The position numbers were made by a program, and so were the translations under genes. A DNA stretch of 64,000 bases from Dimorphilus gyrociliatus (lineage: Eukaryota; Animalia; Annelida), in assembly GCA_904063045.1 (NCBI GenBank), contig CAJFCJ010000004.1:1295713-1359712 (forward strand), in the 5' to 3' direction. The notes beneath the pieces are model-generated. The model was given only the letters and a program-made list of their open reading frames with translations, had not been told where the DNA came from and did no database searches. Positions within the stretch are counted from its first letter, which is position 1, and each line of letters begins with the position of its first letter. Below are positions 11,869 through 24,503 of the stretch, in pieces.

Positions 11869-13748
11869 TCATAAAATGTTATTATTATTTACAATTTTAT
11901 TATGGGATTTTAACGATATATTTGGAAATTTCATGTCTGCACTATCAAAGGGTGGTATCCATCTTCCTCTGTGTTTCTTTTTCATTCTGTACAGACAAAT
12001 GTTACTTTCTTGAATCTTTTCGTTCAAATTATTCTTCACTTTTCTGAATAATCTTTGCAGGGTCTTACGGAAGCGTTTAGTAAAAGCAATATAAAGAAAA
12101 AAGTTTATAGCAAAGTTAATGACTCTTAAAAAGTGAAAAATTTCTTTCAATATTCCAGTTTTTGACATGGAATTAAAGTGAATCCTGTGATACAGCCTAC
12201 AAAAAAATATATATTCGTTATACTATTGAATTTTAAGCATTGCACACGACTCAACTTACGTCAAAGTATGGTCAGGCATATTAAGTACAATAAAGACCAT
12301 TGAAATGAGCCATAACATCCTTGTTGTTTTCGTATGGGTTTGAAGTTTTCTTTTCCTTGAACAACTTTGAATCGACTTCAAGTTGGAGTCAATTGTTATT
12401 GCCGGCTTAAATTTCCAAATACAAAAACCAATGCTTATGTTAAATAATACAATGAGAATTCCAGGCAATATTAAACTCAAGGCCAGATCAAAGTATACCA
12501 ACAGCTGTCCAAGCATATTTGAAAACGAGCACAATAGGAGGTCATCACCATCTACTGGAGATTTAGTCAGCTTTACGTGGTATGTATTGAAACAGAGAGA
12601 AAAGAGGCAAACCGATAGTACAGTTATTGTCAGAACAATAATTCTGTGTTAGAAAAAGAAAAGATAAGAAAAAATTGTTAATATTCATTCGAAAACATCG
12701 ATTACTACAATAGACAAGATTTTTCAATGTTGAGCTAACGCTTAGTTCTTCTAAGAACAAGATAACTTAAGTAATAGATTTCTATTATTCATAGTAAGTG
12801 CTTAATACTGTATACTATTAAAAATCTTAACTTTACTGCTAAACCTATCTGGTCTATTAATGATTATTTTATAGTATCACATATCGTTCAATGTTTTGAG
12901 ATATGCCACTCGATATATATGACTCCTTATAAACAATATATAAGATATTGATATATTTTATAAGTTTATAATGAAATTTGAAGGATCATTTGAAAAATAA
13001 TCAAAAACATTGCCATCAGCCGACCATAAGGTTAAGCAAATTCCCTAAGGTTCAACTACCTCTTATATAGTGTGGCTTGGTTTGTTTACAATTTATTAAT
13101 ATTTGAAAAGGAAAATACATTGACAAAATATATACATATGTACTTATTTATATGTATATATGTATAAGAGACAAACTATATTAGGCATTTCAAACAAGAA
13201 TGAATGATTTTTTATATTATGTACATATATAATAGAAATCCTATGAGTTGGAAGTAGTTTTAAATTGAAAATTACAAAAACTTTTTGAAATAAAAAGACT
13301 TGATTACAAACCTTGATCTTTTTAATGTGCACCAAGCATTCTTTTTGAATGGATATTTAACGACAATATAACGCTCAATTGTGAAAGACACTACAATCCA
13401 AACTGATAAACAAGGTCCAACATATGTCAACCAATGCAAAAATTTGCAACTTATATTTGATTGTTTAAAAATTGGAACTGTTATATCATCCCACCAAGTC
13501 AGCATATGTGGAAGAAGTGAACAAGAATCAGCAATGGCCAGAGCTGCTAAGTAAACACTCGATGATTGAGAGTTCAAAAGCGTTCCAGTGAATATAGCCG
13601 CTGCTAGAGTATTGCAGCTTATTCCTATGAATATAACAACTGGCATGAAATAGCATTTAATTAAATTCGTAACAAACAAATTAAGAGGATCAGCCGAAGC
13701 ATTGTAGGCATAAAGAAAATAACTTCGTGTTTCGTTCGCTGCAGACAT
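11869..13748 (-). CDS. Class A peptide GPCR, FMRFamide/CNMamide/sex-peptide-receptor-like group
   Basis: Three phase-compatible exons 13748-13312, 12643-12260, 12196-11869 give 7 hydrophobic segments with YLAALAIAD (TM2), C-K-F (ECL1/TM3), FTIERY (TM3), TTRML..FIVLNMP (TM6) and NFAINFFLY..F (TM7/H8). Confidence 0.92.
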
Positions 13749-14740
13749 GTTGGTAAATGAGTGACACCCACCAAATGACGTCGCGTAATGTAAAAGTAGG
13801 TGGCGCTATTCATTTTCATTTATACCTGGGTTGTTATCCTTAGCTTACTGAATTGCAATTTAGCCTTAAGTTTCACTTTATTTTTTGTAGGATTTCGTTA
13901 ATTACATATTCTCCACCTTGACAAAAAAGAGACTTTCATTTATAAAGTAACGTAGAACTAACAACAAAGTTTACAGTATTAGTTTTTTAAGACTTATTTT
14001 TGTATTACTTTTATAATGTAACCCATCTACATCTACCTTCATTACAGTGTATTTTAGTTCATATAGCGTTTATTTGTTTATATATAAATCTCTTGCATAT
14101 TCATAAATGCATATGCTACATAGCTCGTTTAATCGTAAATACATTTGCCTATACTTTTTATTCATTGCATATCTTTCAACATAAATCTTGTTGTAATCAT
14201 TAATATATCAATCAATTTATTATCGACCTTTTGGAATAAAACTATTAACTTTTCCTAAATCTTTACTTAAACTTTCATTTGAATAAATTTCTTTAATAAT
14301 TATTTTATTATTAAAAATATTAAATAGAGTATATTCCTATTTTATCGATCACGTAACTATAATTCAAAGATTATAAATAAATCTCCTGAACGAAGATCTA
14401 TTAAAAAATCTAAGAAACAAAGGTCAAATAAATGAGGATAAAAAAGAATGTATTGTAATTCAAGACAAACGAGAAAAATACTTGTTATACTCAATTAAAT
14501 TTCCCTTTTTTTATATATAATTGTAATATTTACTTGTTTTAATAGATATTCAACATTCAACTATAGTTTATTAAAATCATAGAGTAAGTGTATACGAAAT
14601 AATAATGGATTCGAAACTTTGCTGTTTTTTTTGTTGATATAAAAAAAATCTATTAATTTACGAAGACCTTGTGAATTTTTCTTATAAAGCTTCTAATATA
14701 TACATAGAAATGTATATAAGGTTTATCTACAATGTCGTGT

Positions 14741-14744
<4 letters not shown>

Positions 14745-14775
<31 letters not shown>
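14745..14775. repeat. (TA)n microsatellite
   Basis: Uninterrupted AT dinucleotide run. Confidence 0.9.
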
Positions 14776-14777
<2 letters not shown>

Positions 14778-15107
14778 TTTTTTATATATACTTATTATTA
14801 TATCTGCACACTGTTTATCTGAATAGTATCAACTAGCTCGACAATACTGATATCGGTTTTTATTCTCTCTGAGCAACGAATACTGTACTCTAGTCTATTA
14901 TTGACATTTCTAGGGTAAAATTTATTGAAATATATTATAATAATTGATTAATTAATTACCAAATAAAGCTTAATTAATCAATTAAAGTATCTATTAAAAA
15001 CTTGAATTTCCATAGCCTAATAACACTGGGGTTTTTTTTATTTAGTATTATTTTATATATTTATTGGCATACATTAAAATGTTGTATATATTAGAGTCTA
15101 AATCAGT

Positions 15108-15117
15108 GGGAAAATCC
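15108..15117 (+). promoter_or_regulatory. kappaB-like site GGGAAAATCC upstream of KYAT paralog 2
   Basis: Exact match to the Rel/Dorsal-type consensus GGGRNWYYCC, about 80 bp before ATG 15200; function is inference. Confidence 0.35.
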
Positions 15118-15199
15118 AGGCAAAACTTTTGTTAAAATTCTGTAGTCTAGTAATATTTATTACAGATAGCAAGCAGGCCAGAAGCACTTTTGTTAAGAA

Positions 15200-17109
15200 A
15201 TGTCTGACATTAAAATAGCAGATAGAATAAAAGGAACTGAAAAAAATGTCTGGTTTGTAATCAAGAAAAGTAAATCTACTAGATTTTTAATAGAAATTAT
15301 TTAAATTAAGGGTTGAATTCACGGAATTGGTTTCCCAAGAAAATCCAGTAGATTTGGGACGGGTATGTATTACTTTGATGATGGACTGAAATGACATGAA
15401 TAATTGTAATATTTTCACTCTTTTACAGGGTTTTCCTGATTTTAATCCTCCAGTTCACGTGAAGAATGCTTTAATAACAGCAGCCACAGATGATTCACCA
15501 TTTATTCATCAATACGCTAGAGGTAAATTAGATTATTATTGCAAAAAAATCGAATTTAGTTATTCCCATGAAAGAGTTAGCTCTTTTGATGAATTTTATT
15601 TCTATCATCTACAGTTAAGGGACATAAAAGATTAGTTACAGCCTTAGCTGAATTATATTCGCCAATTATCAATCACAACATTGATTGGGCAACTGAAATT
15701 CTTATCACAAACGGTGCCTACGGAGCGCTTCATACGACTATTCAAGGATTAATAAATCCAGGCGATGAAGTGATTATTATTGAACCATTCTTTGATTGTT
15801 ATTCGCCGATGGTTAAAGTTGCGGGGGGAACACCTATCTTTATTCCATTAAGAAAGGTCTTAAATAGTGTAAAATTATTCTTTCACTTCTATTTCTTATT
15901 TTATTCAATTTTTAGACAGAAAATACTGGAGATGTTTTTAAAAGTAGTGATTTTACTTTGGATTATAATGAATTTTCTTCAAAAATTACAAAAAAAACGA
16001 AAGCCCTGATATTTAACAACCCAAATAATCCAATTGGAAAGGTGATATAGAGGCATAATTAAGCATATACTATATCTATATATACAGTACATACTAAACT
16101 ATTAATTAACATATTCAAATATTCATTTCTTACTAAAAAGGTATATTCATTAGAAGAATGTCAACAAATTGCGAAATTATGCAAAGAGAATAATATTATT
16201 GTGATTTGCGATGAAGTATATGAATGGATAACGTACGATGATAAAAAACATATTAAAATGGGTAAATTCCTATTATAAAAATTGAATAAATTTAGATATT
16301 TTCTATACTCGCAAAATTCCATTTTTTAACTTTTAATAGCTTCTCTTCCGGATATGTTTAATAGGACATTGACACTAGGTAGTGCAGGAAAGTCATTTTC
16401 TGTAACAGGATGGAAAATTGGTTGGATCATAGGACCTGTTCATCTAATGAAACCTTGTGTAGTTGTTCATCAAAATGTTACAAACTCTTGCTCAACACCA
16501 ATGCAAGTTTGTTTTCTCTTCCTAGATTTATTGTTTTAGGATATCATTACATTTCTTATAATTCATTTAAAAATTTAGGAAGCGATCGCTATAGCTATGG
16601 AAACAGACTTGGGAAAACTAAGGAGAGACGATAGCGACTGCTATTTCAAATCTTTAGCCAAAGAGATGCAACCTAAGAGAGATTTGGCGGAAGAGTTTTT
16701 AAAAGAAACTGGATTTCATCCAGTCCGACCTGACGGTGGATATTTCATTCTCGTTAATTACACTGATGTAATGAAAAAATCATGTGTTACTCTCGATAAC
16801 TCCAATGAGGCTAATGACTATAAATTTATTAAATGGATGATACGAAATAAAGTATATGTCTCTAAAATAAAGTTATTAATATTAATAATTCATTGTTTAT
16901 TCCATAGAAAATATCGGCTATACCCGTTACTGTATTTTATAGCGAAGGGCATAAGCACCTCGGACAGAATTACATTCGCTTCTGCTTTATGAAGGTAAAA
17001 GAAAGTTTTCTATATAAAAAAAGAAGATAAAACTATAAAAAACACTTTACTTTTCCCATAGTCAAATGAAACACTTTCAAAGGCAAAAGATCTATTTAAA
17101 AAATGGTAA
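15200..17109 (+). CDS. Kynurenine aminotransferase / glutamine transaminase K-like, paralog 2 (complete)
   Basis: MSDIKIADRIKGTEKNVW|VEFTELVSQENPVDLGR|GFPDF..HQYARG|..GAYGAL..EPFFDCY|..NNPNNPIGK|..CDEVYEW|..GSAGKSFSVTGWKIGW|..PDGGYF..|..RFCFMK|SNETLSKAKDLFKKW*. Intron positions match paralog 1 over the region visible in both. Confidence 0.95.
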
Positions 17110-17482
17110 AAAAAAACATACATTCATTAAACTGTTCAATATTTCTTATTAATAACTTGAATAAATATTTAAAACAAAATATGACTTTAAACATTTCAAA
17201 GAGAAGTTTTTTTTCCTTTTATTTTATCTATTTCTATAGACTTTGTTTATTAAAACATATATAGGAAACGAAAATATAAAACTATACTTTTTAATTTACT
17301 TTGAAGGAATTTCTTTTAAAAACTTGTCATATGAAGAGAACGAAAAGAGAAATAACAGTATTTTTCTTTTTGTCTATTGTTATGTATATACACAGTACAA
17401 CCAGATATATTTTCATAATGTTTTTTCTGGCCGTAATTTCCATATTTGTCTAATTTCATTCTTTCGTGATGATTATTTTTTT

Positions 17483-18977
17483 CTATTCTGTGATAGACAA
17501 TTCGTTCATTTCTTCATCTATAGCTTCCTGTTAACATTTAAATTAAATAATTGCTTTATACTATTTCTCTTATTAAAACAAACCATATCGCTATCTCCAT
17601 CGCTGTCAGTAGAAATTTCTTCGATAACGGCTTTGGCCTGTTCTAGTATTTTTACAATATCTATGCATCCTCTGCCCAAAGCTGATTGCAGTGGTGTATA
17701 TCCCGAAAATGTTCGACAATTTAAATCTATTGAGTGGTTTAACAATGTCTTTAATAATTCGGCTTTGCCTTCTTCAGCGGCAATATGCAATAAACTCTTT
17801 CCGCTTTTCATATCGTGTAGATTAACTGATTTTTCGAATGATGATATAGTTAATAATAACGAAACAATTTCCAAATGATTGACAGCTTCATGTAGACAAG
17901 TTTGGCCTGTTTTTATGAATAGGAAAGTATGAATATTTTAAAGAAATATCCATCTATATATATATATAGTAGATTCTAAAAAAAACTACCGTTAAAATTA
18001 TAAATATTAGGTGATTGTGGAATTTTTTGAAGTGGCTTTTCCTCGAATATCATACATTTCTCTTCATCAAGAACTAAAGGTTTAATCAATGCAGCACAGC
18101 ATTCTAAGTATCCTAATTTACAAGCCAAATGTAAAGGTGTATTTCCGTATGAGTCTCGAGCTGTAACTGAACTTCCATTTATCACCAAAAATCTAACTAG
18201 TCTCGGCAAATTTTGTAAAGTGGCTAAGTGGAGTACAGTTTGCATCTTGTTGTTGGATATACAAAAATCTTTAGGTTCAGAAGCGTAACTTATCATCGCC
18301 ACTGACAAGTGAACATTTTTATGTATAATCGATAAGTGAAGTTTTCTAGAATGAAAATAAGAAATTTGAAATCATTAGCTAATATGAAAAAATTCAAGTA
18401 CTATGCTATAAACTTACGTATCTCCATCTTCATCAGGACTATATAGGAACCGATTTATGGCCTCTCTGTTACCATTTAATTGCTTAATAATATTCCTAAA
18501 TTGCTCCAATTCCGAGTTTTTTCTCATATCATCCACTGCATTTGTTTTCCACATTTTCATGCAAGATCTTTCAAATTTTCTGTAACAAACTAGAACTTGT
18601 CTCCAATCATCTTTAAATTCAGCTTGACTTTTTATAGTTTGTGGTTGACCTACTATATCCATATTTTTACTTTCTCCAGGAAATCCGGATTTAAAATATG
18701 AACTGTTGAAGTGACTTGCCTTTGGGGAAAGGCAACTCCATGGTTTATCAATATTTTTAACAGACGACTGCGTTTCACAAAAATAGCTGCTGTCAGATGA
18801 TAAGCCTATTCCAGAGTCTGATGAGATTTCATAATCATTCCCAATACTGTGTGAAATTTTGGCAGATGCAACATTATGTTTATCCATTTCCAATCTATCC
18901 ACTATTTCACCGTTTAGAGCTGTTATAACATATGACACGGACGTTAACTTTATAAGATAATTTTTCGAATCCAACAT
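17483..18977 (-). CDS. cact: NF-kappaB inhibitor, IkB-alpha/cactus homolog
   Basis: N-terminal DSGIGLS phosphodegron, ankyrin repeats (DEDGDTKLHLSII, NNKMQTVLHLA, DSYGNTPLHLAC, NFNGQTCLHEA, SGKSLLHIAA, FSGYTPLQSA) and an acidic PEST tail (TDSDGDSDM-EAIDEEMNELSITE*); 4 exons. The exact start codon is uncertain. Confidence 0.9.
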
Positions 18978-19044
18978 AGGACTATTAATTTCTTTTTAAA
19001 TTATCAAATATTGCTTCAAATTCAAAAAAATAGACACCACGACG

Positions 19045-19055
19045 TGGAAAATCCA
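19045..19055. promoter_or_regulatory. kappaB-like site (TGGAAAATCCA) in the cactus/chitinase divergent promoter
   Basis: gtggaaaatccac lies about 70 bp upstream of the cactus ORF; IkB genes are classically NF-kB feedback targets. One mismatch to the GGG consensus. Confidence 0.35.
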
Positions 19056-19612
19056 CTGTACTAGTTGGATAATATACTACAGAGGGAGCCTCAAAGGGCT
19101 TATTGATTTTTTTCAATACTGTTCCTCTTTTCATTTACTTTACCTCTATACTTTCGATTTAGAATACATTTGATTTCCATATTCTATGAATGGTTTTTTT
19201 AAATGAAATAAATTTCTAGAAGAAGAAAATTACTATTTAAATACATTAAAAACATTGCCGGTCTTATTTCTAAAGGCAAAACACAGTAAATCATAAGCTC
19301 TATTAAGGGCTGCTTGTTACTATGCATCTTAGGTTTTAAACTGTTATTACCTTGAATTTTTCCTATAATAGCTACATAGAGTGAGGAACATATTTTCTAT
19401 AGATATCATTAAAGAGTTAGCTAATTTCAGCAAAATAATTCAGCCATCGAGTTTTCTATCATTCCCTCTCATTCTCTTCAAAGACGGTACAAATGCTTCA
19501 ATCCACTAACGACATCTCTGGTGTAAAGTTTGAACTCTTTAGAATACAAGTCATGTGATTTGAAATGATCATGTGATGTCAATCATTGAAAAGAAAATAA
19601 AGACTTTGAATA

Positions 19613-21020
19613 ATGCTCCTAGTAACACTTCTATTAGGTAATGTGCATAAATTTAATACAATCTATAAATACATTAAAAACTCGATAAAAATAGCAACGT
19701 GCTTCTCTATTCTGTACGGAAGTAAGTCGGTTTTCGTTTGCTATTACCCTGGAGGTGCCGATAGAGCAACAGAGAACCGCCTCCCTATCTCAGAAATACC
19801 ACCAAATTTATGCTCCCATTTAATATTTGCGTTCTCTCATCTTGAAGACTTGCAATTAAAACCCCAAGTTAAAGAAGATGTACAGTTATACTCAAAATTT
19901 ACTGCTTTAAGATTAAGGAATCCAAATTTGGAGACATTGCTTTCAGTTGGAGGTGGCGGTTATGGTTCAGCTGAATTCCTAAAAATAGTTGCTTCTCCGA
20001 AAAACACTTCCATCTTTATTAATGTAATAATTGCGCATTTTTCAATTATCAATATCAAATTACCTTTTCATAAACAATCATAAACAGAATGCTGTTAGAT
20101 GCCTGCGTAAGTACAATTTTACCGGCCTAGATATTGATTGGGAATTTCCAATGGAACATAAAGAAGAATATAGTATCTTATTAGAGGTAAAACTCTATTA
20201 TTCTACTAGGCTACTAGTGTTTTAATGAAGAAGCTATGCCTTTTATATAAATGTATTTCCTTCGATTCTTCTTTTTATGCCACAGAGGATTAGAGAGCGT
20301 TTCGATAAGGAAAAACTATTATTAACAGCTGCTTTAGGTATTACTCCTGGTATCGTGCAAACAGGTTATGACGTAAGAAGAATTTCTAAGAGTCTTCATT
20401 TAATGAACTTAATGTCATATGATCTAAATCCTACCAATATGACTTGGGGTCAGAGTCCTCTGCATAGAGTGCAACACGGTGACGCTTTTTATCAGAAAAA
20501 TTTAAACTTTGTTAGTTTACTATAAATATTAATAAAATATAAAATTTTAGTATTATTAAATGCTCTATCAATCATAAGTCTTTTTCAATTTAAGGATTGG
20601 CTGTACGATTACTGGGTGAAACAAGGAGCTATACCATCTAAACTTGTAGTTGGCCTACCTGTCTATGGTAAAGAGTATGTTTTGAAAGATAGAAATTTAG
20701 ATTTACCAGGCTCGCCTGTTCAAGGCCCGCCAAAATCGGTGAATTATTACAGTATATGCCGCACTTTAAAAAATAATTGGAACTACTGGAGGTGGGAAAA
20801 TCAACAATTTTACCCTTTCGTTGTTAGAGGCAACAAATGGATAAGTTATGATGATAAAAGTAGCATAAGAGCCAAGACATTTTGGGCCGTTAAAAAACGT
20901 TACGCTGGGGTAATGATATGGCAAATGCAGGGTGATGACGTCACCGGTAATTGTTTCAGTGGGTTAAAGTTTCCTATTTTGAGAGCTATTAAGGATATTT
21001 TATTAAATGAAATCTATTAA
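19613..21020 (+). CDS. GH18 chitinase, secreted, catalytic domain only
   Basis: Signal-like MLLVTLLL|ATCFSILYG, FVCYY, NLCSHLIFAF, LLSVGGG, FTGLDIDWEFP (catalytic Glu present), MSYDL, KLVVGLPVYG, WISYDD, YAGVMIW; 5 exons; no C-terminal chitin-binding domain. Confidence 0.92.
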
Positions 21021-21222
21021 CTCAGTTATCGACTATCTTCACTTGATTGATTAACAACAAATATATATAGAAAATGAATTTTTTATGAACTCTATAATGA
21101 ATCCGAAATGTTTTCCTTTTTAGGTAGAATTAATGAATTTATTTGACGCCTTGTCAGTTTCCTACAATTCTTCAAAAACCATTGTATAATTTATCTAAAT
21201 AAAATATAAAAGTAAAAAAATT

Positions 21223-21345
21223 TGTCAGAAGTGGGATTTGAACCCACGCCCGCATTCGCGGACCAGAACGCCCCTGCTATGCTAACACTTTGCATAGTAA
21301 GTTAGTACTTGAGTCTGGCGCCTTAGACCACTCGGCCATCCTGAC
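21223..21345 (-). tRNA. trnL-CAA: tRNA-Leu(CAA) with a 39-nt intron (21269-21307)
   Basis: GTCAGGATGGCCGAGTGGTCTAAGGCGCCAGACTCAAG-[intron]-TTCTGGTCCGCGAATGCGGGCGTGGGTTCAAATCCCACTTCTGACA; long variable arm, A and B boxes, downstream T7 Pol III terminator. Confidence 0.97.
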
Positions 21346-22992
21346 ATCTATACAAAGTCGTGTATCTAGGAAATATATATCGAAAAGTCAATTCTTTTGA
21401 AAAATAATTTTCTTAAATTGGCAGCATTTTCGTTTAGATGTAAATAGGCAGGGATTTTGTCACTCAATACTGATAATCATAATGACACCAAATTATATTT
21501 TTCTGACTCTAATAGCAAATAATGATGCTGGATATATATCAGTAACAATGTTACAAAAAAAGAACAAAGGACCGACAAGGAGGTTTTAAATTCATAGGAG
21601 TAAAAGATACATATATACACTGATGTATACAAGATAAGTGCGTGTCTATATGTATTGATACTTTATATATATGCTGTTATTTACTAAATATCTCAAATAT
21701 TGTAACTCCATCCTTCTAATTAGCTGTACAAGATTAGTTAAATAACTATAATTTAATAATAATTAAATAAAATATATAAACAAAGTCTCTCTTTTGATGG
21801 AGAGAGAAAGAGAGAAGGTTTAAACCTTAGATATATACATATATATATCCCAGAATATATTGTCTAGAAATAATGAAAATAAGGGATTAGTCACGTGGGT
21901 AACGTGCATTGAAAATATTTTTACATTATATGTGTGAAAAAGAACAGAATAGACTTAATTGCGGTCAATAAATGCTTTTTGCAGACTATTATGGTAACCT
22001 TGCTATGTATTTTATAGAAAATCTCATATTCTAGTTCTAATTGACTGCTTCTGGATCGTTAATAAATAAATTTATGCATACAAATGTCATGGGGTATACT
22101 ACTTGATAGAATGATCCTTGAAAACAAAGATAGACTGAATTATGGATAACAAAGATATTTATGCTTAAGAATATATTTTAAGATATGTATGACAGGATCA
22201 TAAACTCCAACTCTCTCTCTTTCTTTTTCTCATTGTTTCGTCCTCAGGTATTTTCCTAGGAATTTATTAATAGTTGAAGGGAAATTACCAATATATTACC
22301 TTTTTCAAACAGTATTTAGGATTAACCTTTACTTGATCTTTTTAGCGAAAATGTGATAAAATTTGTATTGATTAGACGATATGAGGGAGAGGAAATTTCA
22401 TTTTGCTTTAAATTCTTTATTACCTAAATAACCAACATGGCAGTGTAAACTACAAAAGAATATAAAAAACGTAGTTTATTAGTAATACGTATATCGGGAG
22501 TGTTTGTTAGGAAAATAAACAGTTCTTGGACTCAAATATATATAATAAATAAATAGCCAACATAGTATGATTTAATAGTAATCAATTTAGAGGCAAAAGG
22601 TCATTTTATGGACAATAATTAGATATTTCGATTTTGTAAAATGAAAGGAAATAGAAACGTGTTCTAACTAGTAAATATGAAAAGATTTCTAACTGTATAA
22701 AAAAATCGACGTATTTGTCACGAAAGTCTTCCATCGTTCACATCAATTAGGATACATTCTTCTTCAAGGATCTTTGCTTTTAGAAGGGTTCTAATACGGA
22801 GAGTCCTTAACATTGATATTTTCCCTTAAGAATCTTATTCAGCTGAAAAAAACTAGAGACATTTAGCAGACGCTAAAAACTATTAAAATTGTTGTTTATA
22901 AAAAATTCAAATTGTTCAAAGTGTTAAAATTTAATCAATATATTTCTTTAAAGGTAAAAATAGCATTGATGCTCTGAATATTTATATTTTTC

Positions 22993-23038
22993 ATATATAC
23001 TGTATATATTAGTATATACTAATATATACAGTATATAT
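22993..23038. repeat. Perfect 46-bp palindrome
   Basis: atatatactgtatatattagtat|atactaatatatacagtatatat is its own reverse complement (checked base by base). Confidence 0.95.
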
Positions 23039-24503
23039 AATTCGTACTGTTTATTAATAAAGCATCTCTATTTTGTTTGTCATCTTCTTATAGTATAGAA
23101 TTTTCTTTTTGAATATATTTGATACCACTGTGATTAGATGCTACTCTGTTATCATAATTAATTGCCATATTTATTTTCCTTTGATATATGTAGTACAGCT
23201 ACTAATGTATCAGAATCAATATCCATAATCACGCAATAAATAAAATTATAATGGTATTTTTCATGAAGAAGCCAATTCCCCTACTATCTATTTACTTTTA
23301 TCTCCATCTAGTGGACGTATTCAACCTGTTAAGTATACAAGATCCTGGTGGGGATTAGTGTCTGTTTCTGGAAAGAATCAATTTCTAGTCATGTTCTAAC
23401 TAAATACTCATAGCTTTTCTTGTTGACTAATTATTATGTAAAATATATCAATTTTTATCATTAATTCGATAAATGAATAATTTATTAAAGTATTAGAAAT
23501 ATAAATATATTGGCGAAGCTTACGAATTGATCATGGAATAATCTACGTAATAAACTGATTTTTTTTATAGTACCCGTATTTTTGACTAATTAGCAAAAAC
23601 ACCGTATAACATCAAACATTCCGTGCACTAATTAAAAAGCAATGGCTAATGAATTAAATTATTTTCTTATTTGATAAGGTTTTTTGAAGTAAAAGATTAA
23701 TTTTTCGTAAAGTCTAAATGAACCATATAAAAATATGCACTTATCTTCATTAACACAGTTAAGCCTGCTCCTAATATTTTACCTTTATTTCATCAATACC
23801 ATAACATTTATACACGTATATATTTAGGTGAATATACATATTATTTCCCTTTTTTTTTCATTTTCGCATATAATATGCATCAATTAGTCTGCTTAATTTA
23901 TACAAATATTACAAAAAATATTATTTTCATAATAAAACCTTATACAGATGTAAACGTATCATTTCATCAATAATACAGTAATCAGCATTTCATCTTGCCT
24001 CTTATAATGCACGTTATGGACTAACAAAATGTAAGAAATTTACAAACAAATACATATAATATTTTTATTTTATTATTAAAAGTATTAATATACTTTCTTT
24101 TAAAGAAGGCGAACTTTTCTTATTTCACTTTATGAGATGCCATAAAAAAGTGTATGTGTTATTTACCATATTCAGTTAATATTATTTTATAGGTATTGTT
24201 CTCAGAAGTTTGTTAAGATTGTAAAGAATATTTTGAATATTACGTATTACAAGTACATCACACGTATAATGATATGCACATGTTCTTATATACTGTATAT
24301 ATTCAGTTCATTTTAATATGAAAAGTTCTCGTTAGCAACAGTTAAACACTTCATTTGATACGTTTTAATAGGGCGTTTCCAAGTACTATCATGTAGAATT
24401 TTCTTTGAAGTTTTAGTGGATTTATCATGTTAAATGTAAAAGTTATTTAAAATATGCTAGGGTCAATTTTTTTGTTTAAAAATAACATGTACACAGGTGT
24501 GCT

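Noticed and set aside
17243-17878. 211-aa plus-strand ORF
   Set aside because: Shadow of the cactus ankyrin exon plus T-rich 3' UTR; low-complexity F/L/I content.
21301-21307. TACTAAC (yeast-type branch point) at the start of the tRNA intron
   Set aside because: tRNA introns are removed by the TSEN endonuclease, and a 7-mer match is plausible by chance.
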